Position numbers and translations under genes: made by a program. Positions 38,647 to 47,936 of a DNA stretch of 64,000 nt are shown here, piece after piece. A model generated the notes under the pieces. It searched no databases. It saw only the letters and a program-made list of their open reading frames with translations, and was not told where the DNA came from. Source of the stretch: Blastocatellia bacterium (GTDB lineage: Bacteria; Acidobacteriota; Blastocatellia; UBA7656); assembly GCA_046565505.1 (NCBI GenBank), contig JBKHYJ010000015.1:13600-77599 (forward strand), read 5' to 3'. Numbering within the stretch: the first letter of the stretch is position 1; the number at the start of each line of letters is the position of its first letter.

Positions 38647-40598
38647 GCCTGGACACGAAAGTCATGTCGCCCGACGAGGCGCGTGCGGCCGACCCGGCCG
38701 AAGAGCGCGAGCGCCGCAAGCTAGAAGAGACCTGGCGCACGCCCCCGGGGCTGCTCGGGTGGTTTATGACCACCAACCATAAGTCCATCGCCAAGCGCTA
38801 CATCGTCACCGCTTTCATCTTCTTTCTCCTCGGCGGGCTAGAGGCCGCGGCGATGCGCCTTCAGCTGTCGCGGCCCGAGAACCGATTCCTGGGGCCGGAC
38901 CTCTACAATCAGATTTTCAGCATGCATGGCACGACGATGATGTTCCTGTTCGCGGTCCCGATCATGGAGGCGATGGGGCTCTACTTCGTGCCGCTGATGA
39001 TAGGGACGCGCAACGTCTCCTTCCCGCGCATGAACGCCTATGGCTATTACGCCTACCTGATCGGCGGGCTGTTGCTGTACGTCGGCTTCGTGCTCGGGAT
39101 AGGGGTGGACACGGGCTGGTTCAGCTACGTGCCGCTCTCGGGGCCGGATTTTTCGCCCGGCAAGAGGGTCGATTTCTGGGCGCAGATGATAACCTTCACG
39201 GAGATAGCGGCGCTGGTGTCGGCCGTGGAGATAATCGTCACGGTGTTCAAGCAGCGGGCGCCCGGCATGTCGCTCAATCGCGTCCCGCTGTTCGTGTGGG
39301 CGATGGTCGTGACATCTTTCATGGTGTTGTTCGCCATGCCCGCCATCATGCTCGCAAGCTCGATGCTGGCGATGGACAGGCTCGTCAGCACACACTTCTT
39401 CAACCCGGCCGAAGGCGGCGACGCGATACTGTGGCAGCACCTCTTCTGGTTCTTCGGCCACCCGGAAGTCTACATCATCTTCATACCCGCGACGGGGATG
39501 GTTTCGACCATCCTGCCCGCGTTCACGCGCCGCGGCGTCTTCGGGTACACGGCCCTCGTGCTGTCGCTCGTGGCGACGGGGTTCATAGGCTTCGGCCTGT
39601 GGGTTCACCACATGTTCGCCACGGACGTGCCGCAGCTCGGGCAGAGCTTCTTTACGGCCGCCAGCGTAATGATCGCCGTCCCGAGCGGGATACAAATCTT
39701 CTGCTGGATAGCGACGCTGTGGGGCGGGAAGCTTCACCTGAAAACGCCCCTGCTGTTCGTGCTCGGGTTCGTCGCGCTGTTCGTGCTGGGCGGGCTGACG
39801 GGCGTGATGCTGGCGGCGGTGCCGCTGGACCTCCAGGTGCACGACACGTATTTCGTGGTCGCGCACTTCCACTACGTGCTGATAGGGGGCGCGGTCTTCC
39901 CGCTCTTCGGGGCTTTCTATTACTGGTTCCCGAAGTGGACGGGCCGCATGCTCGACGAGCGAATGGGCAGGTGGAATTTCTGGCTGATGTTCATCGGGTT
40001 CAACGTCACTTTCTTCCCCATGCACCAGCTCGGGCTCAGGGGAATGCCCCGGCGGGTCTACACCTACCTCGAAGGGAACGGGTGGGACGGCATGAACCTG
40101 ATCGCGTCAGCGGGCGCGGCCATCATCGCCGCGAGCGTGCTGGTTTTTCTCATCAATGTTTTCAAGAGCCGCGGCGGCGGCCTCGCGGCGGGGGGGGACC
40201 CCTGGGGTTCCGACACGCTCGAATGGGCCACGGCCTCGCCCCCGCCGGACTATAACTTCCAATACATCCCGACGGTGAACGGGCGCGAGGCGCTGTGGAC
40301 CCGCGACGAGGAGACGCCGGTCGTCACAGGGCTCCGCAGCGAGTGCCGGGAGGTGCTGATTACCAAGACGCTCGACGCGGAGCCCGACCACAGGCACGAG
40401 CTGCCCGGCCCGTCCATCTGGCCGCTGGTGCTCGCGCTCGCGACAGGCTTCACGTTCATCGCCGGCATATTCACCCCGTGGGCCTTCCCCATCGGCGCGG
40501 TCTTGAGCCTGGCGGCCCTCGTCGGGTGGTTCTGGTCAGGCAACGAAGCGAAGAATTACCCGCCGCACGAAGGCGGGCCATCGGAGAGCCCGACATGA
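38643..40598 (+). CDS. ctaD: cytochrome c oxidase subunit I (heme-copper oxidase, type A) with C-terminal extension
   Basis: GHPEVYIIFIPATGMVS, WVHHMF and HFHYVLIGG motifs. Its start overlaps the coxB stop (ATGA). Confidence 0.9.
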   Translation: MSLDTKVMSPDEARAADPAEERERRKLEETWRTPPGLLGWFMTTNHKSIAKRYIVTAFIFFLLGGLEAAAMRLQLSRPENRFLGPDLYNQIFSMHGTTMMFLFAVPIMEAMGLYFVPLMIGTRNVSFPRMNAYGYYAYLIGGLLLYVGFVLGIGVDTGWFSYVPLSGPDFSPGKRVDFWAQMITFTEIAALVSAVEIIVTVFKQRAPGMSLNRVPLFVWAMVVTSFMVLFAMPAIMLASSMLAMDRLVSTHFFNPAEGGDAILWQHLFWFFGHPEVYIIFIPATGMVSTILPAFTRRGVFGYTALVLSLVATGFIGFGLWVHHMFATDVPQLGQSFFTAASVMIAVPSGIQIFCWIATLWGGKLHLKTPLLFVLGFVALFVLGGLTGVMLAAVPLDLQVHDTYFVVAHFHYVLIGGAVFPLFGAFYYWFPKWTGRMLDERMGRWNFWLMFIGFNVTFFPMHQLGLRGMPRRVYTYLEGNGWDGMNLIASAGAAIIAASVLVFLINVFKSRGGGLAAGGDPWGSDTLEWATASPPPDYNFQYIPTVNGREALWTRDEETPVVTGLRSECREVLITKTLDAEPDHRHELPGPSIWPLVLALATGFTFIAGIFTPWAFPIGAVLSLAALVGWFWSGNEAKNYPPHEGGPSESPT

Positions 40599-41203
40599 AG
40601 CAGAGGCCGGCCATAGACGTTTCACACTTGCCGCTTCACGCCTACGGCAGCCACACGACGCTCTGGTGGGGCAACGTGCTGATGTGCGTCATCGAAGGGA
40701 CGATGTTCGCGATAGTCGTCGCGTCCTACTTTTACATCCGCAAGGTGTTCCCCCACTGGCCGCCGCTTAACACGCCGTTCCCGGACCTGCTGCCCGGGAC
40801 CGTTAATACTGTCATCCTGCTTGTGAGCTGTGCGCCGATGGTGTGGGTGCACAGGCTCGCCGTGGGTGAGGGGAGCCAGCGCGCGATTCAGGCCGGGGTC
40901 TTGATATGCATCGCCCTCATGCTGACGTCAATCGCGCTGCGCTGGTTCGAGTTCCCGCGGATGTTTTCTCAGTGGGACTCGAACGCTTATGGGTCGATCA
41001 CCTGGACGGCGCTCGGCTTACACCTCGGCCACCTGCTTGCCGCCACGGCGGAAGCCTCCGTGCTCGCCGCATGGATGTTCACGCATGAGCTTGACGAGAA
41101 GCACAGGCTGGACCTCAACATGCTGGCTCTCTACTGGTATTTCGTGGTCGGCGCGTGGGCTATACTTTACCCCGTCCTCTATTTCGGGCCTCGCCTGCTG
41201 TAG
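40595..41203 (+). CDS. cytochrome c oxidase subunit III-family membrane protein
   Basis: Its start overlaps the ctaD stop (ATGA at 40595-40598). It has 5 TM helices. The HAYGSHTTLWWGNVLMCVIEG pattern is typical of subunit III. Confidence 0.65.
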   Translation: MKQRPAIDVSHLPLHAYGSHTTLWWGNVLMCVIEGTMFAIVVASYFYIRKVFPHWPPLNTPFPDLLPGTVNTVILLVSCAPMVWVHRLAVGEGSQRAIQAGVLICIALMLTSIALRWFEFPRMFSQWDSNAYGSITWTALGLHLGHLLAATAEASVLAAWMFTHELDEKHRLDLNMLALYWYFVVGAWAILYPVLYFGPRLL

Positions 41204-41222
41204 CGCCGCGGAGGGATCAGAA

Positions 41223-41600
41223 GTGACGGCCGAGACGAAAAAAGATACCTCGAATGGCGGAAGGCTCTTGAACCTGTGGGCGGGGCTGTTCGCCGCGCCT
41301 GTCGCATGGCTGGTCGAGCTACAGCTCCACTACATGCTGGTCCCGTGGGCCTGCTCGACCGGGCGTCACTTCGTCTTGCACCTGATCACAGTCGCGGCCC
41401 TGCTGGTCGCCGTGGTAGGGGGCGTACTGGCCTGGCAGGGTTGGCGGCAGTCCGGGCCTGGGTGGCCCGATGGCTCCGGCGGCCCCGCGCCGCGCAGCCG
41501 GTTTATGGCCGTAACGGGGCTGCTGCTCAGCGCGCTCTTTTTCTTCGTAATACTGGCGCAGGGAATCCCCATCTTCGTCTTGAACCCATGTCAGCAGTGA
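41223..41600 (+). CDS. small 3-TM membrane protein, possible caa3 oxidase subunit IV-like
   Basis: A GTG start follows a GGAGGGA RBS. The call rests on position within the oxidase operon and on hydrophobicity only. Confidence 0.35.
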   Translation: MTAETKKDTSNGGRLLNLWAGLFAAPVAWLVELQLHYMLVPWACSTGRHFVLHLITVAALLVAVVGGVLAWQGWRQSGPGWPDGSGGPAPRSRFMAVTGLLLSALFFFVILAQGIPIFVLNPCQQ

Positions 41601-42556
41601 CCAGGAAAATGCCGCGCCCTTCGCCCCGCCGGCCGGCGCTCGCCCTCTCCTTCGTTGCGGCGCTCGCGGGCGACGCGCTGGCGCACGGGGGCAAGCCGCA
41701 CGGGCCGGGCGACCTCCTGACGACCTGGGGCCTGGAGCCGGTCGTGCTGGTGGGGCTTGCGCTCGCCGGCTGGCTTTACGTACGAGGCGTGAGGCGGCTG
41801 TGGCGGGAGTCTTCCGCGGGCCTCGGCATTCGCAGGTGGGAGGCCGCGTGTTACGCGGCCGGGTGGCTCGCGCTGTTCGTCGCGCTCGTGTCCCCGCTCC
41901 ACCCGATGGGGAGCGTGCTGTTCTCCGCGCACATGACTCAGCATGAAGTGCTGATGCTGGTCGCCGCGCCGCTACTGGTGCTGGGCCGCCCCCTGATCGC
42001 TTACCTGTGGGCGCTGCCCGTGCGGTGGCGGCGCAAGGCGGGCCGTGTCGGGAAAGTCGGCTGGGTGGGGGCGAGCTGGCATGCCGTCACGAACCCGCTC
42101 GCGGCATGGGCGATTCACGCGGTGGCGCTGTGGGTGTGGCATGCGCCGGCGCTCTTTCAGGCGACGCTCAAAAGCGAGCTGGTCCATACAACACAGCACC
42201 TGACCTTTCTACTTTCCGCGCTGCTGTTCTGGTGGGCGCTCATACACGGGCGCCACGCGCTGATGGGGTACGGCGCGGCGGTGCTCTACATGTTCACCAC
42301 GTCCGTACACAGCGGGGTCCTGGGGGCGCTGCTGACGTTCGCCTCTTCGGTGTGGTATCCGGCTTACTCGGCGACGACCGAGTCGTGGGGGCTCACGCCC
42401 CTCGAAGACCAGCAGCTCGGCGGGCTGATAATGTGGGTGCCGGCGGGCCTGGTCTACCTCTTCGCGGGCCTCGCGCTGTTCGCCGGGTGGCTGCGCGAAT
42501 CGGAGCGCAGGGTCTTGAGGCGCGAGGGCCGGCCCGGGTCATACAGTGAGGGTTAA
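41588..42556 (+). CDS. ctaG: cytochrome c oxidase assembly factor CtaG (caa3-type, PF09678-like)
   Basis: A multi-TM protein with a conserved HMTQHEVLM segment, downstream of the oxidase subunits. ORF 41276..42556, trimmed to the ATG at 41588. Confidence 0.6.
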   Translation: MSAVTRKMPRPSPRRPALALSFVAALAGDALAHGGKPHGPGDLLTTWGLEPVVLVGLALAGWLYVRGVRRLWRESSAGLGIRRWEAACYAAGWLALFVALVSPLHPMGSVLFSAHMTQHEVLMLVAAPLLVLGRPLIAYLWALPVRWRRKAGRVGKVGWVGASWHAVTNPLAAWAIHAVALWVWHAPALFQATLKSELVHTTQHLTFLLSALLFWWALIHGRHALMGYGAAVLYMFTTSVHSGVLGALLTFASSVWYPAYSATTESWGLTPLEDQQLGGLIMWVPAGLVYLFAGLALFAGWLRESERRVLRREGRPGSYSEG

Positions 42557-42562
42557 AACAAA

Positions 42563-43567
42563 ATGCGAGTGACGCGCCGATTCGTCCTGGCCTGCTGCCT
42601 TGCGGCGGCCGTCTGTGCACAAGCCCTGCCGGCCGCCGGCCGTCAGAGGGCGCCCGCGTTCGCCTACGTGAGCAACGAGCGGGATGGGACGGTAACGGTC
42701 ATCAACACGGCTACCGACGCGGTGGTCTCTACGATCCGCGTGGGCGGGCGGCTGCGCGGCATACAACTGAGCCCGAACGGCAAGAGGCTGTACGTCGCGA
42801 TGACTTACCCGTCCAATCGCAGGGAGAGCGAGACCGACAAGATCGTCGCCATCGACGCGGCGAGCGGCAGCGTGATCGCGAAGTACGACGCGGGCAGCGA
42901 CCCCGAACAGTTCGCGGTCAGCCGGGATGGGATGCGGCTCTACACTTCAAACGAGGACGCGGGGACGGCGTCGGTGACGGACCTGCGTACGGGCCGCGTC
43001 ATCGCCACGCATGTGGTCGGGATAGAGCCCGAGGGGGTCGCGCTCAGCCCGGACGGCCGCTGGGTCTACGTGACGGCCGAGAGCAGCAGCAACGTCACGG
43101 TGATAGACACGCGGACGAACAAGGTGAAGGCCACGTTCCCCGTAGGCGCGCGGCCGCGTTGCGCCGCCTTCTCGCCCGACGGGCTGCGCGCCTACGTGAC
43201 GGCCGAGAATGGCGGGACGGTGTCGGTCGTCAACACGGCTACGCACAAGGTTATCGACACGATCGAATTGCCGCGCGGGCAGGTCAAACCCATGGGCATA
43301 GCGGTGTCGCGCGATGGCAGGCGCATCTACGTCACCAATGGGCGGGGGAATTCGGTGGCGGTCATCGACAGCAGGAGCCGCAAGGTCATGGCGATGGTCC
43401 CGGTGTCGCAGCGCCCCTGGGGCATCGCCATCACCCCCGACGGCAGGAAGATTTACACGGCCAACGGGCTGTCGAACGACGTGGCCGTTATAGACGCGGC
43501 CACCAACAGAGTAATCACGACCGTCAAGGCGGGTGACGGGCCGTGGGGGATCGCGATGAGCCATTGA
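42563..43567 (+). CDS. YVTN-family beta-propeller repeat protein (PQQ-dependent catabolism-associated beta-propeller type)
   Basis: A signal peptide plus seven repeats of about 40 aa ending in YV(T/A) (AYVSNERDGTVTVINTAT..., LYVAMT..., VYVTAESSSNVTVIDTRT..., AYVTAENGGTVSVVNTAT..., IYVTNGRGNSVAVIDSRS..., IYTANGLSNDVAVIDAAT). Confidence 0.75.
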   Translation: MRVTRRFVLACCLAAAVCAQALPAAGRQRAPAFAYVSNERDGTVTVINTATDAVVSTIRVGGRLRGIQLSPNGKRLYVAMTYPSNRRESETDKIVAIDAASGSVIAKYDAGSDPEQFAVSRDGMRLYTSNEDAGTASVTDLRTGRVIATHVVGIEPEGVALSPDGRWVYVTAESSSNVTVIDTRTNKVKATFPVGARPRCAAFSPDGLRAYVTAENGGTVSVVNTATHKVIDTIELPRGQVKPMGIAVSRDGRRIYVTNGRGNSVAVIDSRSRKVMAMVPVSQRPWGIAITPDGRKIYTANGLSNDVAVIDAATNRVITTVKAGDGPWGIAMSH

Positions 43568-43596
43568 CGCTCCGCGTCGCCGGCCGAGGGGGCACT

Positions 43597-44145
43597 GTGT
43601 CAAGAAATAACGGGCCTTGGGTCATAAACGAAACGACTCTGAAATACCGGAACGATTTCATAGAAGTTAATGAAGACCGCGTCATCAGGCCCGACGGCGA
43701 GCCCGGCACTTACGCGACGGTTGACATGAAGGCGGGGCTTGCCGTCCTTCCCGTGGGTGAAGACCGCAGCGTATACCTGACCAGACAGTTCCGCTACGCC
43801 ATAGGGAGGGAGAGCATAGAGGTCGTAGGCGGGGCCATAGATGAGGGCGAGGACGCGGAGGCGGCGGCGAGGCGGGAGCTTCGAGAAGAGGTCGGGATCG
43901 AGGCCGGGGAGTTGACCCCGATGGGCGTTATCAACATAGACACTTCAATAGTTGACGGGGCCGTGAGTCTGTTCCTCGCCAGGCGGTTGAGATTTACCGA
44001 GCCGGACCGGGAAGGCACCGAAGTCATAAAGCCCCTGAGGGTGACTCTCGACGAAGCCGTGAATATGGTTATGAGCGGAGAGATAAACCAGGGCACGAGC
44101 TGCGTCCTGATACTGAAGGCCGGCAATTACCTGGGCGCGCGGTAG
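43597..44145 (+). CDS. NUDIX hydrolase
   Basis: Nudix box GGAIDEGEDAEAAARRELREEVGIEAG. ORF 43543..44145; a GTG at 43597 follows GAGGGGG and avoids overlapping the upstream stop, but the start is uncertain. Confidence 0.65.
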   Translation: MSRNNGPWVINETTLKYRNDFIEVNEDRVIRPDGEPGTYATVDMKAGLAVLPVGEDRSVYLTRQFRYAIGRESIEVVGGAIDEGEDAEAAARRELREEVGIEAGELTPMGVINIDTSIVDGAVSLFLARRLRFTEPDREGTEVIKPLRVTLDEAVNMVMSGEINQGTSCVLILKAGNYLGAR

Positions 44146-44266
44146 CGGGCGTTCTTGTCCTGGTTTTAATTCGGCGGCTTTTAACCCTTTGAGGTGTTTA
44201 TTACTTACCCTGCTATGCCCTCTATCGCCGTGCGCGGCAGATTGATCGCGGGCGAAAGCCCGCGCC

Positions 44267-46942
44267 TCAGACGGCCCTCCCGGCCGCCACGTCCATCCTG
44301 ATGTTATCATCCCTAAGCGTCGGCACGGGTGCCGCGTCGTAGTGCTTGAGCAGCTCCAATATCGGCTCGAGCTTGTCATAAAATACGACGACGATCTCGC
44401 CCTCATCCATGCTCCGAATCGCGTATTCGATGGCCTCCGTTTCATTAAGCACGATGGAGCATTCGCGCTCGGGCGCTTCGCCCTTGACCGCCTCGCATAG
44501 CAGCCCGGCGACCTCCCCCTTGGCTCGGCCGCGCAGGTCCTTGTCTTCCTTAATGATGATGCGGTGGAGGCCCTTTGCCGCCACCTGGCCCGCCTGCCTG
44601 ATGATGGAGTCCGCCCTGTCGCCGGGCACGCCTATCACGCCCGTGACTTTTCGCCCGCGCCAGAGCGACGCCATGCGACAGACGGATTTAAACGCGTCGG
44701 CGTTGTGGCCGTAGTCCAGCATGAGGTGGCCGGGGCCCACGCGGAAGACGTTGGCCCTGCCGGGGTTCTGCGCGTCGTTCCTGAAGCCCGCGATTGCGGA
44801 AGCCGCCTGCTTTCTTGTCACGCCGTAGGCGCGGCTGGCCGCCATCGCCGCGAGCACGTTCGCGACCTGAAATTCGGCCGTGCCCTGCATCGTCACGGGA
44901 ACGTCCGACACCTGGATGATCCTGTGCTCCGCCCTGTGCGCCGACTCTATGATCCAGCCATTCTTAACGAAATATGCGGTGCCGCCCGCCGCCGTGTGCC
45001 TCTTAATCAAGAGGTGATTATTGCGCGTCGAAAAATAGACCACATGTTTTTTGATGGCGTTAACGCGGGGGTCTTCGGCCAGCCGCGCGAGGCGTTCGTC
45101 GTCGGCGTTGAGCACCAGCGTCCCGCCTTCTCTCACGCGCTCGGCCACGAGCGACTTTATGCGCACCAGGTCGTCCACGGATTTGATCCCGTCCTGCCCT
45201 ATGTGGTCCGGCTGTACGTTGGTCATCACGGATACGTCCGACCAGTCGTAGCCGAGCCCCCTGCGCGCGATGCCTCCGCGCGCGGTCTCAAGCACGGCCA
45301 CCTCGACGGCCGGGTCGCACAGAATCGTCCTCGCCGAGTGCGGGCCGGTCGTGTCGCCTTTAACGACGCGCTCCCCGGCGATGTATATGCCATCGGTGGT
45401 CGTCACCCCGACCGCGCGCCCCGACTCGGCTATGACATGAGCGATCATGCGGGTCACGGTCGTCTTGCCGTTCGTGCCCGTTATCGAAATGATGGGGATT
45501 CTCGCGGGCTCGCCCGGCGGGTATAGCATGTCCACGATGGCGGCGGCCACGTCGCGGCTGCGCCCTTCGCTCGGGTAATGATGCATGCGCAGCCCCGGGG
45601 AGGCGTTGACCTCTATCACGCCGCCGCCTTCTTCCGGCGGCTCGATAATGTCTCTCAGGACCAGGTCCACGCCGCAGATGTCCAGGCCGATGACTCGCGC
45701 GACCCTCTCGCAGAGCCGCCTGACCTCCGGGTGAACGACGCCCGTAACGTCTTTGGCCGTGCCGCCCGTCGAGAGGTTTATCCCCTCCCTCAGGAACACC
45801 ACCTCTTCTTTCTTCGGGATGTGGTCCAGGCTGAGCCCCGCCTTACGCAGGTGCGCCAGCAGTATCGGGTCCGCCTTGATGCGCGTGAGCGGCTTTTCGT
45901 GCCCATCGCCGCGGCGCGGGTCTTCATTCGTAATGTCGATCAATTGCTTTACCGTGTGCCGCCCATCGCCGGTGACGTGAGCGGGAAGCCGCTCGCTGGC
46001 GGCGATCATCTCGCCGCCGACCACTACCACCCTGTAGTTCCGCCCGACGAATAATTCCTCGACCAGGACGCTCGGGGATATCTCGCGCGCGATCCTGTAG
46101 GCCTGGGCCACTTCCCCCGGCGTCGTGAGGTTGAGCGAAACGCCCTTCCCCTGGCACCCGTCGAGCGGCTTCACGACGACGGGTGCGCCGAGAATTCCCA
46201 GGGCCCGTAACGCCTCGGCCTCCGACCCGGCCACCATGCCGCGCGGGACCGGGATCGAAGCTGCCTCCAGAATGGACTTGGTCAATTCCTTGTTCCCGGC
46301 TATCTCCATCGCGATTGCGCTCGTCTGCTCTGACATGGCCGCCTGTATGTACTTGCGGTTCTTCCCGTAGCCGAGTTGCACGAGGCTGTCGCCGTTGACG
46401 CGGACCCACGGGATGCCGCGCCGCGCGGCGGCGTCTACAATCGCTTTCGTGGTCGGGCCGAACTCCGTCCTGGCGACGATGCGGCGGGCCTCTTCCACTT
46501 TTTCGTCGAGCGCGAACGGCTCGCCCTTTATGACGGCTTCGACGAGCCTGACGGCGGCCTCAAGGAGGTGGCGCGTGCCTTTCTCCGCCTCGTACTCCAC
46601 GACGACGTTATAGCAGCAGGGCTCGTCGGCCTCACTGGTCCTGCTGTGACGCGCGGCGATACCCGCGCGGCCGGCCATCTCCACCGCGACATGCTCGACG
46701 ACATGGCCCACGTGCGTGCCTCCGTTGAGCAGCGCGACGAAGCCGCCCGGCTCGCCCGTGTCGCACCGGTGGTCGGCGAGGCCCGGCAGCAGGTCGAGCA
46801 GGCGCGCGACGAACCCATCAATCTCGTGGCTCTGTCTTTCGCACAGGTCGCCGAGGCAGAGCCGCATCACGAGCGCGGGTTTATGACTGTAGATATTCGG
46901 GCCGGCCAGCGTCCGCATCCTTTCGATCCTCATCGCGATCAC
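44267..46942 (-). CDS. cphA: cyanophycin synthetase
   Basis: 891 aa. An N-terminal ATP-grasp domain and a C-terminal Mur-ligase domain (ISITGTNGKTT). Long stretches closely resemble cyanobacterial CphA (MRIERMRTLAGPNIYS..., VLETARGGI..., DYGHNADA...). Confidence 0.9.
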   Translation of the reverse strand: MIAMRIERMRTLAGPNIYSHKPALVMRLCLGDLCERQSHEIDGFVARLLDLLPGLADHRCDTGEPGGFVALLNGGTHVGHVVEHVAVEMAGRAGIAARHSRTSEADEPCCYNVVVEYEAEKGTRHLLEAAVRLVEAVIKGEPFALDEKVEEARRIVARTEFGPTTKAIVDAAARRGIPWVRVNGDSLVQLGYGKNRKYIQAAMSEQTSAIAMEIAGNKELTKSILEAASIPVPRGMVAGSEAEALRALGILGAPVVVKPLDGCQGKGVSLNLTTPGEVAQAYRIAREISPSVLVEELFVGRNYRVVVVGGEMIAASERLPAHVTGDGRHTVKQLIDITNEDPRRGDGHEKPLTRIKADPILLAHLRKAGLSLDHIPKKEEVVFLREGINLSTGGTAKDVTGVVHPEVRRLCERVARVIGLDICGVDLVLRDIIEPPEEGGGVIEVNASPGLRMHHYPSEGRSRDVAAAIVDMLYPPGEPARIPIISITGTNGKTTVTRMIAHVIAESGRAVGVTTTDGIYIAGERVVKGDTTGPHSARTILCDPAVEVAVLETARGGIARRGLGYDWSDVSVMTNVQPDHIGQDGIKSVDDLVRIKSLVAERVREGGTLVLNADDERLARLAEDPRVNAIKKHVVYFSTRNNHLLIKRHTAAGGTAYFVKNGWIIESAHRAEHRIIQVSDVPVTMQGTAEFQVANVLAAMAASRAYGVTRKQAASAIAGFRNDAQNPGRANVFRVGPGHLMLDYGHNADAFKSVCRMASLWRGRKVTGVIGVPGDRADSIIRQAGQVAAKGLHRIIIKEDKDLRGRAKGEVAGLLCEAVKGEAPERECSIVLNETEAIEYAIRSMDEGEIVVVFYDKLEPILELLKHYDAAPVPTLRDDNIRMDVAAGRAV

Positions 46943-47811
46943 CTCTTCTTTGGCTGCCTCCGCGCCTTCTTCGCCTTGGAGGGCTTGTCGTCGGTGGGGG
47001 ATTCTTCGGTTGCGATAGGCCTCCGGGTATTCAGGTCGAACCGGGACCCGGCCGGCAGGACGTGGACCTTCACGTCGAACAGGGCGAGAGAGCCGCCCTC
47101 TTCGAGGTCGGGTAAATTCGTATGCGAGATGGCTCCCGCATCTATGACGGTGACCGCGCCCTCGCCGATCACGTCGAAGTGGCTGTCGGTGATGACCAGG
47201 GCCGTGTTCTCGTCAATGCCGAGCCCGAGGTCCTGCGGGAAGTGAGCCACGCCTGTCAGCAGGCGCCCGAGGCGGCCTCGCTGCGAGAAGTGTGTGTCGA
47301 TGATCGTCCCGATCAGGAAGTCCATGCCGGGCCCGATCTCGACGCGGCCGAAGCGCGGGGTCTCGTCGCGGTCCCCGCTGATTATCATTGAATTGCCCAT
47401 CATAGAGGCCCCGGCGCTGGTCCCCGCGACGACGACCCCCTTTTGGAATTTCCGAAAAAGCGACTGGTGCAGCCTGCTGCCACCGAGCAGCGCCGTGATG
47501 TGTAGCTGGTCGCCGCCGGTGAAGAATATCCCCGTCGCGTCCTCGACCGCTTTGATGCCCGCCTCCGACTGCGCGTCCTCTCTTTTGGACACGTCTACGA
47601 TTCGTACGTCATCTACCCCGAGCTTCTTGAACGCTTCGGTATATTCGCGGCCTAGCTCTTCGACAAGGTTCGTGGCGACCGTCATGACGACGATCCTGGC
47701 TTTCGGCCCCTTCGCAAGTCGGAGGAATTCTTTGAGAATCACGCAGTCGTTCTCCCTGTCTTCCGCGCCGCCTATGGCTATTAACTTTCCGTCAGTCCGT
47801 ATCAGTTCCAT
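46939..47811 (-). CDS. cphB: cyanophycinase (S51 peptidase)
   Basis: LIAIGGAEDRE and the catalytic Ser region AGTSAGASMMG. Its stop overlaps the cphA start by 4 nt. Confidence 0.85.
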   Translation of the reverse strand: MELIRTDGKLIAIGGAEDRENDCVILKEFLRLAKGPKARIVVMTVATNLVEELGREYTEAFKKLGVDDVRIVDVSKREDAQSEAGIKAVEDATGIFFTGGDQLHITALLGGSRLHQSLFRKFQKGVVVAGTSAGASMMGNSMIISGDRDETPRFGRVEIGPGMDFLIGTIIDTHFSQRGRLGRLLTGVAHFPQDLGLGIDENTALVITDSHFDVIGEGAVTVIDAGAISHTNLPDLEEGGSLALFDVKVHVLPAGSRFDLNTRRPIATEESPTDDKPSKAKKARRQPKKR

Positions 47812-47914
47812 ACCGATCCGATGCTCCTGTTGTCGCCCGCCCGCGCCTCACCCCCTGCGGGCTCCCGAGTCATTAAGAGCGCCCTTGCCACCGCTCTCTA
47901 TGCTTCTATCTATC

Positions 47915-47936
47915 CAGGTTGATTTCGCAGGTTGAT
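47915..47936. promoter_or_regulatory. direct repeat CAGGTTGAT x2 (13-bp register) upstream of cphB
   Basis: Two exact 9-bp copies about 100-125 nt upstream of the cphB start codon, inside the cphB/iadA divergent spacer. Confidence 0.3.

Noticed and set aside
38838-40025. 395-aa minus-strand ORF
   Set aside because: It is antisense to ctaD. Its His/Arg/Glu-rich composition is nonsense and it has no motifs.
44564-47245. Plus-strand ORFs of 289-320 aa across cphA/cphB
   Set aside because: They are antisense to two genes with unmistakable CphA/CphB homology.
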